A stretch of 63,747 bases of DNA, the filler included. It is 14 parts of 14 records of this genome, joined end to end, with 100 filler letters (N's around TTAATTAATTAA, not from the genome) between each part and the next. Parts side by side here need not be neighbours in the genome. Positions count along the whole stretch, not along the records: positions 13,369 to 15,845 come from SRR9670534_291; positions 15,946 to 21,206 come from SRR9670534_295; positions 21,307 to 24,679 come from SRR9670534_299; positions 24,780 to 28,523 come from SRR9670534_304; 10 more parts are not named here. One strand, given 5' to 3'. The position numbers and the translations under genes were made by a program. The notes below the pieces were generated by a model that did no database searches, was not told where the DNA came from, and worked only from the letters and a program-made list of their open reading frames with translations. This document shows positions 13,376 to 25,057 of the stretch, piece after piece (within the stretch, counting starts at the first letter, position 1; each line of letters begins with the position of its first letter).

Positions 13376-14194
13376 ATGGATGCTGATTTTAGTCTAGATA
13401 CCCCAACGTTGAATTTAAACGGTCTTGACTGGGGAACTGATCCACAAGCTATTTTAACCAATGGTCTCGACCCACAAATCGGAAAGACTGGCTCTCCCTT
13501 TCGTCTTAGCAGACACAATTCCGTGGAATTGACCGGCAACAGTTCAAGTCAGAGCATAAAATTGCTGTCAGCCACCATTTCGAATTTGGATGCTTCTGAT
13601 GTTCAGACTACCTTAGAATCATTGGTACAAACGTCTGAACCACAACTTGGTGTTTATACCAGCGCTACTTACCCAGCAGTTGTTACAATTCCTTCAGAAA
13701 GTGCCCCATTCTTGTTGAAGAATCCTAGAGCTTTGCATCACAAGAAGATCATGCAGAAAGAGCTTCAACTTGCAACTGATGATAGCCAGGAAGATAGTTT
13801 TCCAGAAGAACCTGCTGCGGTAATCCCTGTTCCAATTCAGACCGAAATTAAACCTTCAAGGAAGAGAAAATCTCGCAACAACTCAAATCCCGTTAATAAC
13901 AAAAAGAGAAAGCCTACTCAAAACGAAGTGAGCGTTAATGAATACACCGAGAAGCGAAAGAGAAATAACGTTGCTGTCCGAAAGTGTAGAGAAAAGGCAA
14001 GAGAGAAACAGCAGGAAACTGAAAAAAGAGTGACGCAACTAGCCGATGAAAATAACGAATTGAAAGAGCGAGTGTACAACTTGTCCACCAGATTGGACGT
14101 GTATATGCAGATGTTCGAAAGTCTGAAGATGAAGTTGACTCCAGAGCAACAGAAGCTTCTACAGAAATACAGACAAAGCGAAAATGACAAATGA
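13376..14194 (+). CDS. CEBP: CCAAT/enhancer-binding protein (C/EBP family bZIP), intronless
   Basis: Basic region EYTEKRKRNNVAVRKCREKAREKQQET followed by the leucine zipper VTQLADENNELKERVYNLSTRL. Confidence 0.9.
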   Translation: MDADFSLDTPTLNLNGLDWGTDPQAILTNGLDPQIGKTGSPFRLSRHNSVELTGNSSSQSIKLLSATISNLDASDVQTTLESLVQTSEPQLGVYTSATYPAVVTIPSESAPFLLKNPRALHHKKIMQKELQLATDDSQEDSFPEEPAAVIPVPIQTEIKPSRKRKSRNNSNPVNNKKRKPTQNEVSVNEYTEKRKRNNVAVRKCREKAREKQQETEKRVTQLADENNELKERVYNLSTRLDVYMQMFESLKMKLTPEQQKLLQKYRQSENDK

Positions 14195-14579
14195 ATCGAT
14201 ATGATTGCATGGATATTAGAAGGCTGTATGTACCTAGGTTGGCTCCACGTGTACAGCTATTATTACACCGCTGTACTGTACTGTAGAGAAATAGATTGAT
14301 AATAATTGAAATATGTTGATGTATTTTAATTACATATTCATATTACGAAGCAGTTATTATTTTGTAACTTGCAAGGTTGCAAGGTGATTGAATATTTTTG
14401 AAATTACACTGTTGCCGATTGATTCAATAGGCAATATGAATGAAAAAAAACAAAACACAAAACTCTTGTTATGTTAATTCTATTAGTAAAATTCCTGTTA
14501 TTTGTTTTTTTATTACATACTATTTATTTTTATTAATAAAGAAAAAAAAATAAAAAGAATAGTGCAAATGTAGTTTTCG

Positions 14580-15730
14580 TCAAAAGGACAAATTTCTTAG
14601 AAAAATGTGAACACTACGATCATAAAATTCGGTAGAACTCATGAATTTGATTTCTCTGGTATTGCTAGTTCCAGATGTTCCTCTACTATTCAAGGCCTAC
14701 GGGAGAATTTATTAATAAATTTAGTAATTACTACATTGATTATTCTACTACAAGTACTGGCTACCTTTTCCATTGATTCAGGTGAGAGTAGTGATAAACT
14801 ATGCATGGATTTGGCACTATTACTCTCTTGCTCGTTGGAAATTCCTTTTACAGATTGCTCAAAGTGACTTAAGAGGCATGTCACTGTAGAATGATCTACA
14901 GTTTTCTTGTTGTATTCGGTAAAAATTTCGTACAAACTTTCTAAGTTGCTGAAATATTCTAAAAAGATGGTTGTAAAGATAGGTATTGTATAAATACAAC
15001 AATACAGTTATCGTACATACCAATAAAGTATATAGTAGCTAAAATTATTGCTCTAAAAAATGAAAATTCAATTGGTCGAGCTTCGGACAAAGAACCAAAT
15101 TTTAAATAAAACTCATTTTTGTAGTTATCTGGAATGTTTCTAAAATTTACCACATTTGTATTATTAATAAAAGATAAACCATCAGATGGTGGTGGTTACA
15201 TACACCAATAGCTTCTCCAACAATAACTTGACTTTTAACGAGGTAACACCTATTGCAACGGTTACACCAGAACATTTGGTATATTTTAAGTCAATGTATA
15301 CTTTTGCGATTTCTGCTTCTGGAGATATCGTGGATATATTTATTGACTTTATTCGAGTCACAAAATCATCAAACGAAACAAACCTAGTGTCAGACTTTCC
15401 ACCATGAACAGCACCTTGAATTTCACTGAATCTGAAGATACATCGTACATTGACATGTTGCTCAATTCAATATTCGAATATGATTTTAGGCTAACCTTTT
15501 TAGTATCTAATACATATTGTAGATACTATCTATTGTATTGTACTGTACAATAGGAATGTACAATTTGTACATTCCTTACATACTTACTTTTGCTGAATGG
15601 ATTCCATAACAGTTTCATCAGAGTCATCGTCGTTAGCGTTGAAATTTAACAAGAAATCACGGATAGATTTCTTCAAAGTTTCGCTGTCAAGTGCTTCAAA
15701 CGATTCTGGTGATTTAGCTTTTTTGTTCAT
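14580..15730 (-). CDS. TPGS1: Tubulin polyglutamylase complex subunit 1-like (multi-exon, divergent)
   Basis: The spliced product contains IEFSFFRAIILATIYFI, LSLLSPESM and terminal MSSTEFYDRSVHIFLRNLSF*. These parallel recalled TPGS1 segments VPLSVFRAGTLTCF, LGPDSL and MTREEFLERAAALF. ATG 15730, TGA 14582-14580. Confidence 0.55.
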
Positions 15731-16098
15731 TTTTCAGTACATATGCCTAACTTATGATTAATAATAAAAGAAAGCCTTTTATAATGAAATACCGTGTTAG
15801 GCATCAATCAATCATTCAATCAATCAATTTATTGTGTACACATTANNNNNNNNNNNNNNNNNNNNNNNNNNNNNNNNNNNNNNNNNNNNTTAATTAATTA
15901 ANNNNNNNNNNNNNNNNNNNNNNNNNNNNNNNNNNNNNNNNNNNNTTGAAATTATTATTAATAATATAGCCATGGACAAATCATAACAGACATCCTTGAT
16001 TGCATACATTTCAAGGACTCCTTGACAAGGACGTACGTCCGTAATGACTTGGCCGCCGGCGTAACAATCTTGCAAGAATTGACATAAGTAAACCAAAT

Positions 16099-19000
16099 TC
16101 AAAGTATAATGCACGTTTTAGATTTTGGAGCTTGGCTAGAAGTCGTTGAGTTAGCCGAGTGGGCTTTTCTTGGAAAATCTTCTTCCTCATCAGAATCTTC
16201 ATAAATATTGCGTGCACGGCGCTGCTCTTCAGCTAAATTTTATATAATTTTTTACATTGTTCATTTGCATAGGTATGTATTTACGTATTAAAATGCACCT
16301 TTCATCTTTTCAGCTTTACTGGCAGCAATAAGGAAAGAATTTATATATTCTTGGGTCATGGGTGTCCTAGAATCCATTCCATCCTGCATCAGCATTTGAA
16401 CCAGTTTTGTTTCAGCGCCAGCTTTGACGCCATTAAATGGTTGATTGTGGTGTTTTTTCAATTGCTTTTCTAATGTTTTCATATTATGGTCATAATATTG
16501 ATCATCATGTAAATCTACCACAGAAGTGGTTAACGATAGACAAATTTGCTTTGCCCTACATTCCGGAGGCCACTTAATGCCCCCATGAAGAAGGCCAATG
16601 ACTGCTGCTTTATTTATAGCAACAACTCTGCACAAATCCCTTTCAAAGCAATGGGAGTCTGCAACTTTTCTTGTAAAGCAAAATACTACTAAGGTTGATT
16701 TGGAGAGATTTTCATTTGTAAGTTTCTCTTCTGGATCATCATCATCCAGGTCAATATTAGTCATAACCATCGTATAACCTCTTTTGTTCAAACTAAATCG
16801 TAAAGATCGTAGATGCATTCACAAATTATAATACTATTTAAAATTGTACAATATTATTAAATATTACATACCTATTGATTATAAATATTAATAATCAAAT
16901 TCAATATTTACATATATTATAAAGTTAAATATATATTACAATTATTAAAAATTGATCTATTAATATTTATTATCAATATATAATGGTGATTTAATGTTAT
17001 TTAACGTCAGATATCAAAATGATATCAAAATATGTATTACTATATAGTACATAGTATTATTAATAATAACAATATGATTATGAATATTATAGACTTAATT
17101 AATGATATTAAGTGTTAACATTAATAATTAACGATAAAATTTACTCTCGAGCTAAATAAGAAGCTTGGTGCTCATCTTTTCCATCATACATAAGGCAAAC
17201 ATAAATTTCATTATTTTCATTCACAGCCTGTTTACCTATAGGAACAACTTTATTCCGATCAACAGAATGGCCATTTTCTAAGTCAGACGTATTTTCTATA
17301 TTTTTGGTAACAAGTTTTTCATCTTGGGCAATTTTAAGAGCCTTTTTCACCGTATCTTGGTAAGTTGCGTTTGTTAGCACTTTCTTTTGCAAAAAAGTGT
17401 CATTTTTTAATTTCTCACCAAAAGTTGCCTTTACAGTAGAACCCTCCCACATATGTTGAAGAAAACCAGAAGCTTCTACATAACAATTACAATGCTTATT
17501 ACTTGTGGTACAAATTCTCCTCACAAAATTATTTAAGAATATATTTATAAAATAATGAAAAACTTACGATTAAAAGCCAATGTCATCTGAGGAAAGAAGC
17601 CAATTGTTGGCATAAAAACAAAGTCACAATATAAGAAAGTCGTCTGAGAATCTTCACCACCAAATCCTAACCATGAAAAAACACAAACCAATTCAGAACC
17701 ATTTTCATCCACATTAACTTCTCCCAAAGGAGTTTTGGGATCTATTTTAAAAACTCCAAAACGAATACAATATGTAGCTGGGTACCTCAAACCCCTACTA
17801 ACTGAAAGATTTCATAATAAACTTTGATTTTTCATCATAATTATTAATATACCTCTTTCCCCTATTCTTAGCGGTATTGGTGTTAATTCAATATCTTTTC
17901 TTTTATAAAATTGAGATTTACAGTTAGATGGCAAAAATTTTCCATATGGATTTGCCAAATGATATTCTTCTCCAACAATAACTGGACAGCTTTTAATATT
18001 CACTTCAATATAGGCCACTTGAATAAAAATGAGCACATGGAGTAAATATAATATTTTACTATTATTAATAATAAATTCATGTTAAATTTGAATAGCAAAA
18101 AATAGTTAACCTTCGTTGAAATGACTAACAATAAAAGGCATCTGAGATTTAAATTGGATTGAAGAATCATTTGGAAATCTAAATACGATTCGATCGTACA
18201 AGCTAGGTGTTAAGAATATTCTAGAAGGCTTTTGAAAACCAATTAGGTCATCCAATTCTAAATATGCAAAAGGATAATGAATGTTTCCAAGACCCTGTCT
18301 TCTCCAGTTTTCAACTTCAACAAACTAAAATAAAACAATTAAATATACATATTCAATTTCAATAATAACAATACCTTGTTAGGATCAGGTGGATGTCGTT
18401 CAAACAAATCTTCGTGTTTAATTAATTCAAATTGCAAGCAAGAATTATTTAAAATTTCTCCTTTGTTGCAACTTATTCCTATAAAAGGAAATAATGTTTG
18501 TGTTTTTGCTTTTGCTGGAACTTTAAGAATTCTCAAAAATCTTCCATTATTAAGTTCATATGAAATGATTCCATTTCCTTTTTCTCTGTGTAATATCCTG
18601 CATGTAATTTCTAATATTTCTGTCGATTCTAAAACAACAACAATTAGCTTATTGTATATATCTAACTATTTATTGTTGTTTATTATCGACGTGATAATTA
18701 CGCAATGATTATTAATAATCGCGACCTACTTATTAATAATCGTTCATTGTCATTACATTATAAATATAAGTATTATGTAGTAAAAATAAGTTAGCATATA
18801 ATACCATAGCCTATTCTTTTAAAAGCATCTTCAAATGACATGGAAATTCCGTGTGGAGCTATTGCTCTAACGCCATCTATTTTGTAATTATTAATCATAT
18901 CTTTCGTTTCTAGTCCAACAGCAAAAGAACTTTCACTGGAAAGGTTTTTCCCTAAGATTGCCTTCAAAACGATCTTAAAACCAGCAAATTTAGTCAAGTC

Positions 19001-20990
19001 CATGAACCAAGGATCTTGTAAGTACATAAACGCAAATCTATCCTGATGTGGTAATAATGTAAGATCAATTCTCTGGCCTAATACATGAGATCGTACAAGA
19101 TCTTTTTCTGGTTTGAGAGTTTCGGAATATAAAAATCTTTCTGTTGTAATGATTTCCTTCGAAGCTAAAAATTTCTCTCCGATAAACAAGGAACGAGGGA
19201 AAGGTGCAGTTTTACCTGATTTTTCTTTCAAAGGAGGTCCAACTCTTTTGTAGGCTTCTGGTGTTTCAGCGGCTTGTATACTTTCTTGTTGTACCATTGG
19301 TTTGAGGTATTTTAGAAAGGCCTTTGGATCTACTTCAACAGGCTGGATTTCTTCATCAAAGATAACTTCGAAATCTTCTAAATTATTTGCACATATTATG
19401 TATTTATATTAATTAAGTAGGTATTTAATAAATTTACTATTTATACAAATAAAAACTCACGAGCTTGTTGCAAAACTTTTTTGACAAATTCACAATCAGT
19501 CATGTCGGACGACTTTTCAACCTTATACGAAATCATTGAAACAGCTGTTTTAAGACCATTGTAAAAGGATTTAAAAAAGATAAATTTCGGATTTTCAGGC
19601 AACGCCATTACTATTGAAGTCAATAGTTTATGAGCAGAATAATCGATAAGGAAGATCTTCAACCCAATTTCATCAATAAAGCTAACAAGAATGACATCAC
19701 TTGAGGGATTACTGGTCTTCTTTGGAAAATCAATTTTGTTATCTTGGACAAAAATGCAATCAAATAGGGGAGCAAATCCAACATTGCTGGTCTCAAAATT
19801 ACATTTTCCAAATTTTGAAACTTCACTTATAAAAAACGAAGTCATGAGTTGTAATTTTGACTTGACTATGTCTTCAAAGTGGATGTGAAAAATTTGACCT
19901 ACAACATAATAATGCAAAACATGATGTACATATATTATTAATAATTTCATAGTATGACAGTCATACAGCATCCCAAAGGATGTCCCAACGGTATTGGACA
20001 TGTTATTTCACTTGTCGATGCGTATGCAAGAAAAACGCTGTCATCGTCAATGAAACCATCTTCAAATGACCAGTACGAAACATTATTAACCTAAATACAT
20101 TTCGATGGTGATAAATTATCACTGATAATAACATATCGTCATGAGTCATGACTAAATAATAGTGCACTATTTATTTAGTATATATATATAAATATAATAC
20201 ATATTCAGAATATTATACAATGTCATCGAAAGTGATCAGATTTGGAAATGCCGTAACATTCACACTAAAGTTACCACATCCAAATATTCCAAGGACTGGT
20301 AGAGGATTGAAGTCGACTTGATCAAGAAGTGAATTACTATTCGTTTTAGTAGTAATCCTTTTGAAATTCCCTATATTCATCTTATTTAGAAAGATGGAGA
20401 AAAGATAATGGCCATCTCCATTGAGCTTCATACAAGTCAAAGTTAACGTAATTTCTAAAAGTAAAGTAATGATACTTATTGTATTACGGAAGGCTATACA
20501 GTATGTAATTGATGTACCTTCGTCCTCAATTTCGTCAACGTAGCCGACTGTTTCATTCCATGCAAAAGTCTCGCAGGTATTGTTGTTAGTATCGACATGA
20601 GCGCCAAAAGGGGTTAAACTGTCACAGCCGGGAAATTCTTTTTGTTTTCCATAGCTAACACCAAGCATTATAACTCCTGATTTTTCTAAAATTATAATGT
20701 GAAAAATTAGCGGTTAATAAGAAGATTAATTAAAAAAATTACAAACTACACATATATGTACATATCTACTATTAGGTATGTATTATTAATAATAAATACC
20801 AAATTATTGCAAATAATAAATACCAAATTATTGCACAATAAAACAAACCCCGCAGAAATGTGACCGTAACAAGAGTCACAAAATTTTCAGCCTCATTATC
20901 TTCAAAATATTTAACTGGAGATATTTCAGGTGATTCATAAAGTTGCAAAACTTTCCATTCAGATTTAAATTCAATAGTTTTGGAGTTCAT
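16099..20990 (-). CDS. Multi-exon protein with SPRY-like beta-rich repeats, a TIR domain and a C-terminal CaaX box
   Basis: Joining 17145 to 16792 gives the TIR start YVCLMYDGKDEHQASYLARDLNKRGYT...STLVVFCFTRKVADSHCFERDL...IKWPP. The last exon (16232-16099) ends PKSKTCIIL*. Upstream exons have SPRY-like segments (ISYELNNGRFL...LFPFIGIS). The 5' end is uncertain and may extend to about 21160. Confidence 0.6.
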
Positions 20991-22901
20991 ATTTTACATA
21001 TGGTGAAAATGTATGTTGTGAATTACGATATTCACAAGAAATTCGCCATTTTGCAAAGCACATCTCCATGGCTACCATTATTATCTATCACATTACAAAT
21101 ACTGATTCACAATAGCTTTGCATGAAGGAACTTCCTACAGGAATCATTTTTATGGTCGCTCATAATTCATTTATAAACAATAAAATATATCTTTATTTTT
21201 ACTACANNNNNNNNNNNNNNNNNNNNNNNNNNNNNNNNNNNNNNNNNNNNTTAATTAATTAANNNNNNNNNNNNNNNNNNNNNNNNNNNNNNNNNNNNNN
21301 NNNNNNGAACAAGTAGTACGTACTATTGCACTATGACAATAATGATGATAGTACTAGTGTATTACATTTGTGATGTGTTACCAAAAAAGTAGTCTTGGAA
21401 TTTTAAAACTATATATCAAAAATATTTTTGTAGAGTTCAATTATTGAACTTCAATAATATATGTACATTATCTTTGAGAATCCCAAATTGGGATTGATTT
21501 TATTAACTTATTATTTTTATTTCTAAGACAATGTAATATTTACTAAAATTTTAAATATTTAAATAGTTATAATTTCTTTTCATCCTATTTTGTTAGAGCA
21601 TTTTGTGTTTTTAATAATAAGTTATTATTAATAACAACAGGATAAAAAGATAATTTAAATTATTGCAATTTTTACTTATTAAAACATTATATGGAATTAA
21701 TATACTTAAATTTTTTGACAATTTTTGTAGAACTTTGCATTTCTAAACCTTGATGTTTTTTTGATGGTGCTTCTTGAGGGTTTTTCTTTCTGAAGGTCTT
21801 AGAGCTTTGCCACACATCACAAAAGTATTACATTCAATTAGGGTATAATACCCTGGGTATCTCAAAAAATGTTGTTGTGAAAGCACATCTGAATATGGAC
21901 TTTGATAGTAGACCTAGATGTAGAAATACACTACAAAAAATATTAGGCTTTTTCATAAAAACTTTGCCTCCATTCTATAAAGAAATAACTTACATGCTTC
22001 AAAATTATTGGAAGCAAATATCACATAGGCTATGTGACATAGCAGTGCAGCACTCTAAATGAATTTCAAATGAAGTTTGCAAGTAGGGAAAAATGGGCTT
22101 ACCAGGTTTTACCAAAAAATTAATAATAATACTGATTTTTTAACACAGAGATATGATGTCTATGTTTATTAATAAGACATTTCTGTTGAAAATTCCATAG
22201 TAATTTTAGGTTTATGTGATTTGCATGATAAATGCTGTAGAGCCAAAATTATCATGAGTTTTCCAATAATATTATATTTTCCACTACATACATCTTCAAT
22301 AAGGGTACAGTGACTCTGCTTTTATTTATACTTATATAGGTGACATCTATTGAGGAGTATTTTCAGAATGTCATGATGAATATAAATTATATTATATAAT
22401 CATATTTGCTATGAAATTTCTATGATAAAACTTTAGTTTTGGTCAGGGCAAATTTTTCACAAAAAGCCAATAATTTTCTGAAGGTTGTTCTTACACCTAG
22501 GTTATTCAGAAATGTCCATGTTCAGGTAAATTTTCAAAAAAAAATTGAATACCCTAATGTTAAATAGATCTTCTTATTAGTAACTGTTATTATTAACAAT
22601 AGTGATTTGTTTATCCTCAGCTTTGCTTTAGATCACAAACCAACTACTACCTTTAGTCACAAGAAACACAGTGTGTTTAACACACAAAACAAAACTTAAC
22701 TATGGTAAGCAATTATTAGTGTAATAACAAATAAAATAATAATGGTAGAAATAAACTAATGAATAAAAGCCATGATATTGCTATCAAATGTCATGCTATT
22801 ATTACTAAACTTTGTTATAATAACATATATGTTGAACATTAAGTGTTTATTATGTAACCATATTGGTTGTGTTATTAATAAACACATTATGTTTTAAAAT
22901 G

Positions 22902-24679
22902 TTATTCAATCATCTTTAACCAGTAGGTTGGTTGCATACCATACTGCTAAAATTAGAAAATATACTATAATTGAGGAAAAATTGTACAAATGGTATACCT
23001 TCATATCAATGTTCTTGTTATACTCAAAAGAATGTGGTTCTTTTAAATTCTCTTTTATCAATTGACTTACTAAAACCTTCATACCTAATAACAGGCTAAT
23101 ATATAAAATGTTTTTTATTAAAATTTAATTGTTAAATAAAATTTAATTATTTAACATAAGTTATGACTATAATATATATTTATTATTTCTAATTACAATA
23201 TTTATAAATACCATTAATGATCATGATGATGATTAATAGGTCAAATAATATATTAACACCATAGTGATTAATAGGTCAAATAACTATAACACTATAGTGA
23301 TTAATAATAAATTATAACCAACTAAGAGTTTTATCATTTATAATTACTAAACCAATTTGACATAGAATAAATAATAACTAAAATATTTAAGCTAATTGAC
23401 TTAAATTTTTACCATCACAACATGATTCAAGACATCTAGCCAAATAGACTGCTTCACCATAAATACTATATTTTGGAACAATAGTTCCAGTAACAGCTGC
23501 AATAACATAGCCCATTGCAATTCCAATCTGAACTTGAACTTGACTATTTTCAATTTCTTCAGCAAATTTATTATGTTGATTTCTTACAGATTCAATTATA
23601 TTCAAACATGTTTTCAATAGTACTTCTGCATGATTACTATTAGTGATAGCATCATGAGTATCATTTTCTAGGCTTAACAAGCCACTAGCAATCATCAGTG
23701 AAAAATTTGCAGTTTCAACCTATAATCAAATCCCATAATTATTAATAATGATGATAAAGTATAATTAGTTTTAAAATACCTTGCAAATAGGATATTTTTC
23801 AATAATATCATTTAGTAACATAAGTGTTTCATCTATCTTTGTAATAAATTTGTAAGGTGGTTCATGTAAATATTTCTTTAAGATTGTTACATTTGCAACT
23901 GAAACTGAGTCATAAAATTTGGGTTGAGGAATTATATTCTTTTTAATTTCTTTAAATATATGTCTAAAATATATCAATAATTATTATCAATAATAATAAT
24001 CATGTACTTATTATTAATAATAAGGCCACATTGGCAAACCTTGGTAAAATATTTGCCATTATCAAATCAACTTTTTCACTTTCCTTTATAGCTTCAGCAT
24101 TTTTTTCTTTAACTTGATTTTCCAACGAAGTTGCATAAGCTTCAATTTTTGAAACCATACTTTCAATCAAATCTTTTTCTTTGCTAAATAATTTTGTTAC
24201 ATACAAACATTTTTAATAATAATAGATTTTATAACAATAATAATTTTTAGCAATTGAAGTATTTGGAGGAAATTTTTTGGTAAAATATAAACTTAAGCTT
24301 AAGCTTATAATTATAATTATAATAATTTTTAGTGCTGCATACTTTTTGTCTCCTCTAAAATTTTTGATTGACTTTCTTAGATCATAGAAATTAGGCCTTT
24401 CATTTGGATTCCATCTCCAACATTGCTTCATTAAGATCACAAACTTTGATATAATTTCTGGTGAATTTACTGTTTTTTTGTTATCATCTATATTTATTAG
24501 TGTAGATGGTAGCAATTGATCCTTATGATTAGTAATTTTCAATAATTTTTCAAAAAGATCTAAACACTTTTTAGTTAATAATAATACCTTTAAAAACTTT
24601 AACTATTTTTCAAAAACTAACCCTTATCAGAAATATCTACATGCATGAAAAATGTTCCTTTTTGAAATATAATTTCATG
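22902..24679 (-). CDS. Receptor guanylate cyclase-like gene, 3' part (end of kinase-homology domain, coiled coil, degenerate cyclase domain)
   Basis: Segments LMKQCWRWNPNERPNF; LIESMVSKIEAYATSLENQV...ILPR; YDSVSV; K|VETANFSLMIASGL; PKYSIYGEAVYLARCLES; last exon QYGMQPTYWLKMIE* (TAA 22904-22902). Confidence 0.8.
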
Positions 24680-24939
24680 NNNNNNNNNNNNNNNNNNNNN
24701 NNNNNNNNNNNNNNNNNNNNNNNTTAATTAATTAANNNNNNNNNNNNNNNNNNNNNNNNNNNNNNNNNNNNNNNNNNNNTGTCCCACAATAGGGTGTCGT
24801 ACCCTATAGTAATAACAACTCCACTTGGTAAACACTCATCTGCATGTTCTTACTTATTGTTGTACCACAAGCCAAGGTTTCCTATAAAGTCTGCTTTGCC
24901 ATAGAATTGTATACTTCTAGTAGAAAGTGTTTGCAGGCA

Positions 24940-24975
24940 GTTGCCGAGCAACCGTGAAAGTTTCAAGATGGCGGC
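24940..24975 (+). promoter_or_regulatory. RFX X-box and YY1-like motif upstream of CCDC81
   Basis: GTTGCC-G-AGCAAC at 24940-24952, about 105 bp before the ATG at 25058. CAAGATGGCGGC at 24964-24975. Confidence 0.55.
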
Positions 24976-25057
24976 CTTTATTATCACATTAGGTATAAAA
25001 ACAACTTAATAATTCACGTGCCAATATTAATAATTCCCTTCTTATAATACTATAACC

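Noticed and set aside
15946-16090. Short minus-strand ORF MSILARLLRRRPSHYGRTSLSRSP after the CaaX stop
   Set aside because: It is too short, has no recognisable motif and is cut by the contig end. It may be 3' UTR.
16793-16821. In-frame TGA just before the TIR ORF, as possible selenocysteine or readthrough
   Set aside because: It lies inside intron 16793-17144; splicing gives a continuous TIR sequence.
21307-22557. Possible non-autonomous DNA transposon ending in ...ATACCCTAA; similar TAGGG ends near 904 and 8547
   Set aside because: No matching second terminus or transposase remnant could be shown within the contigs.
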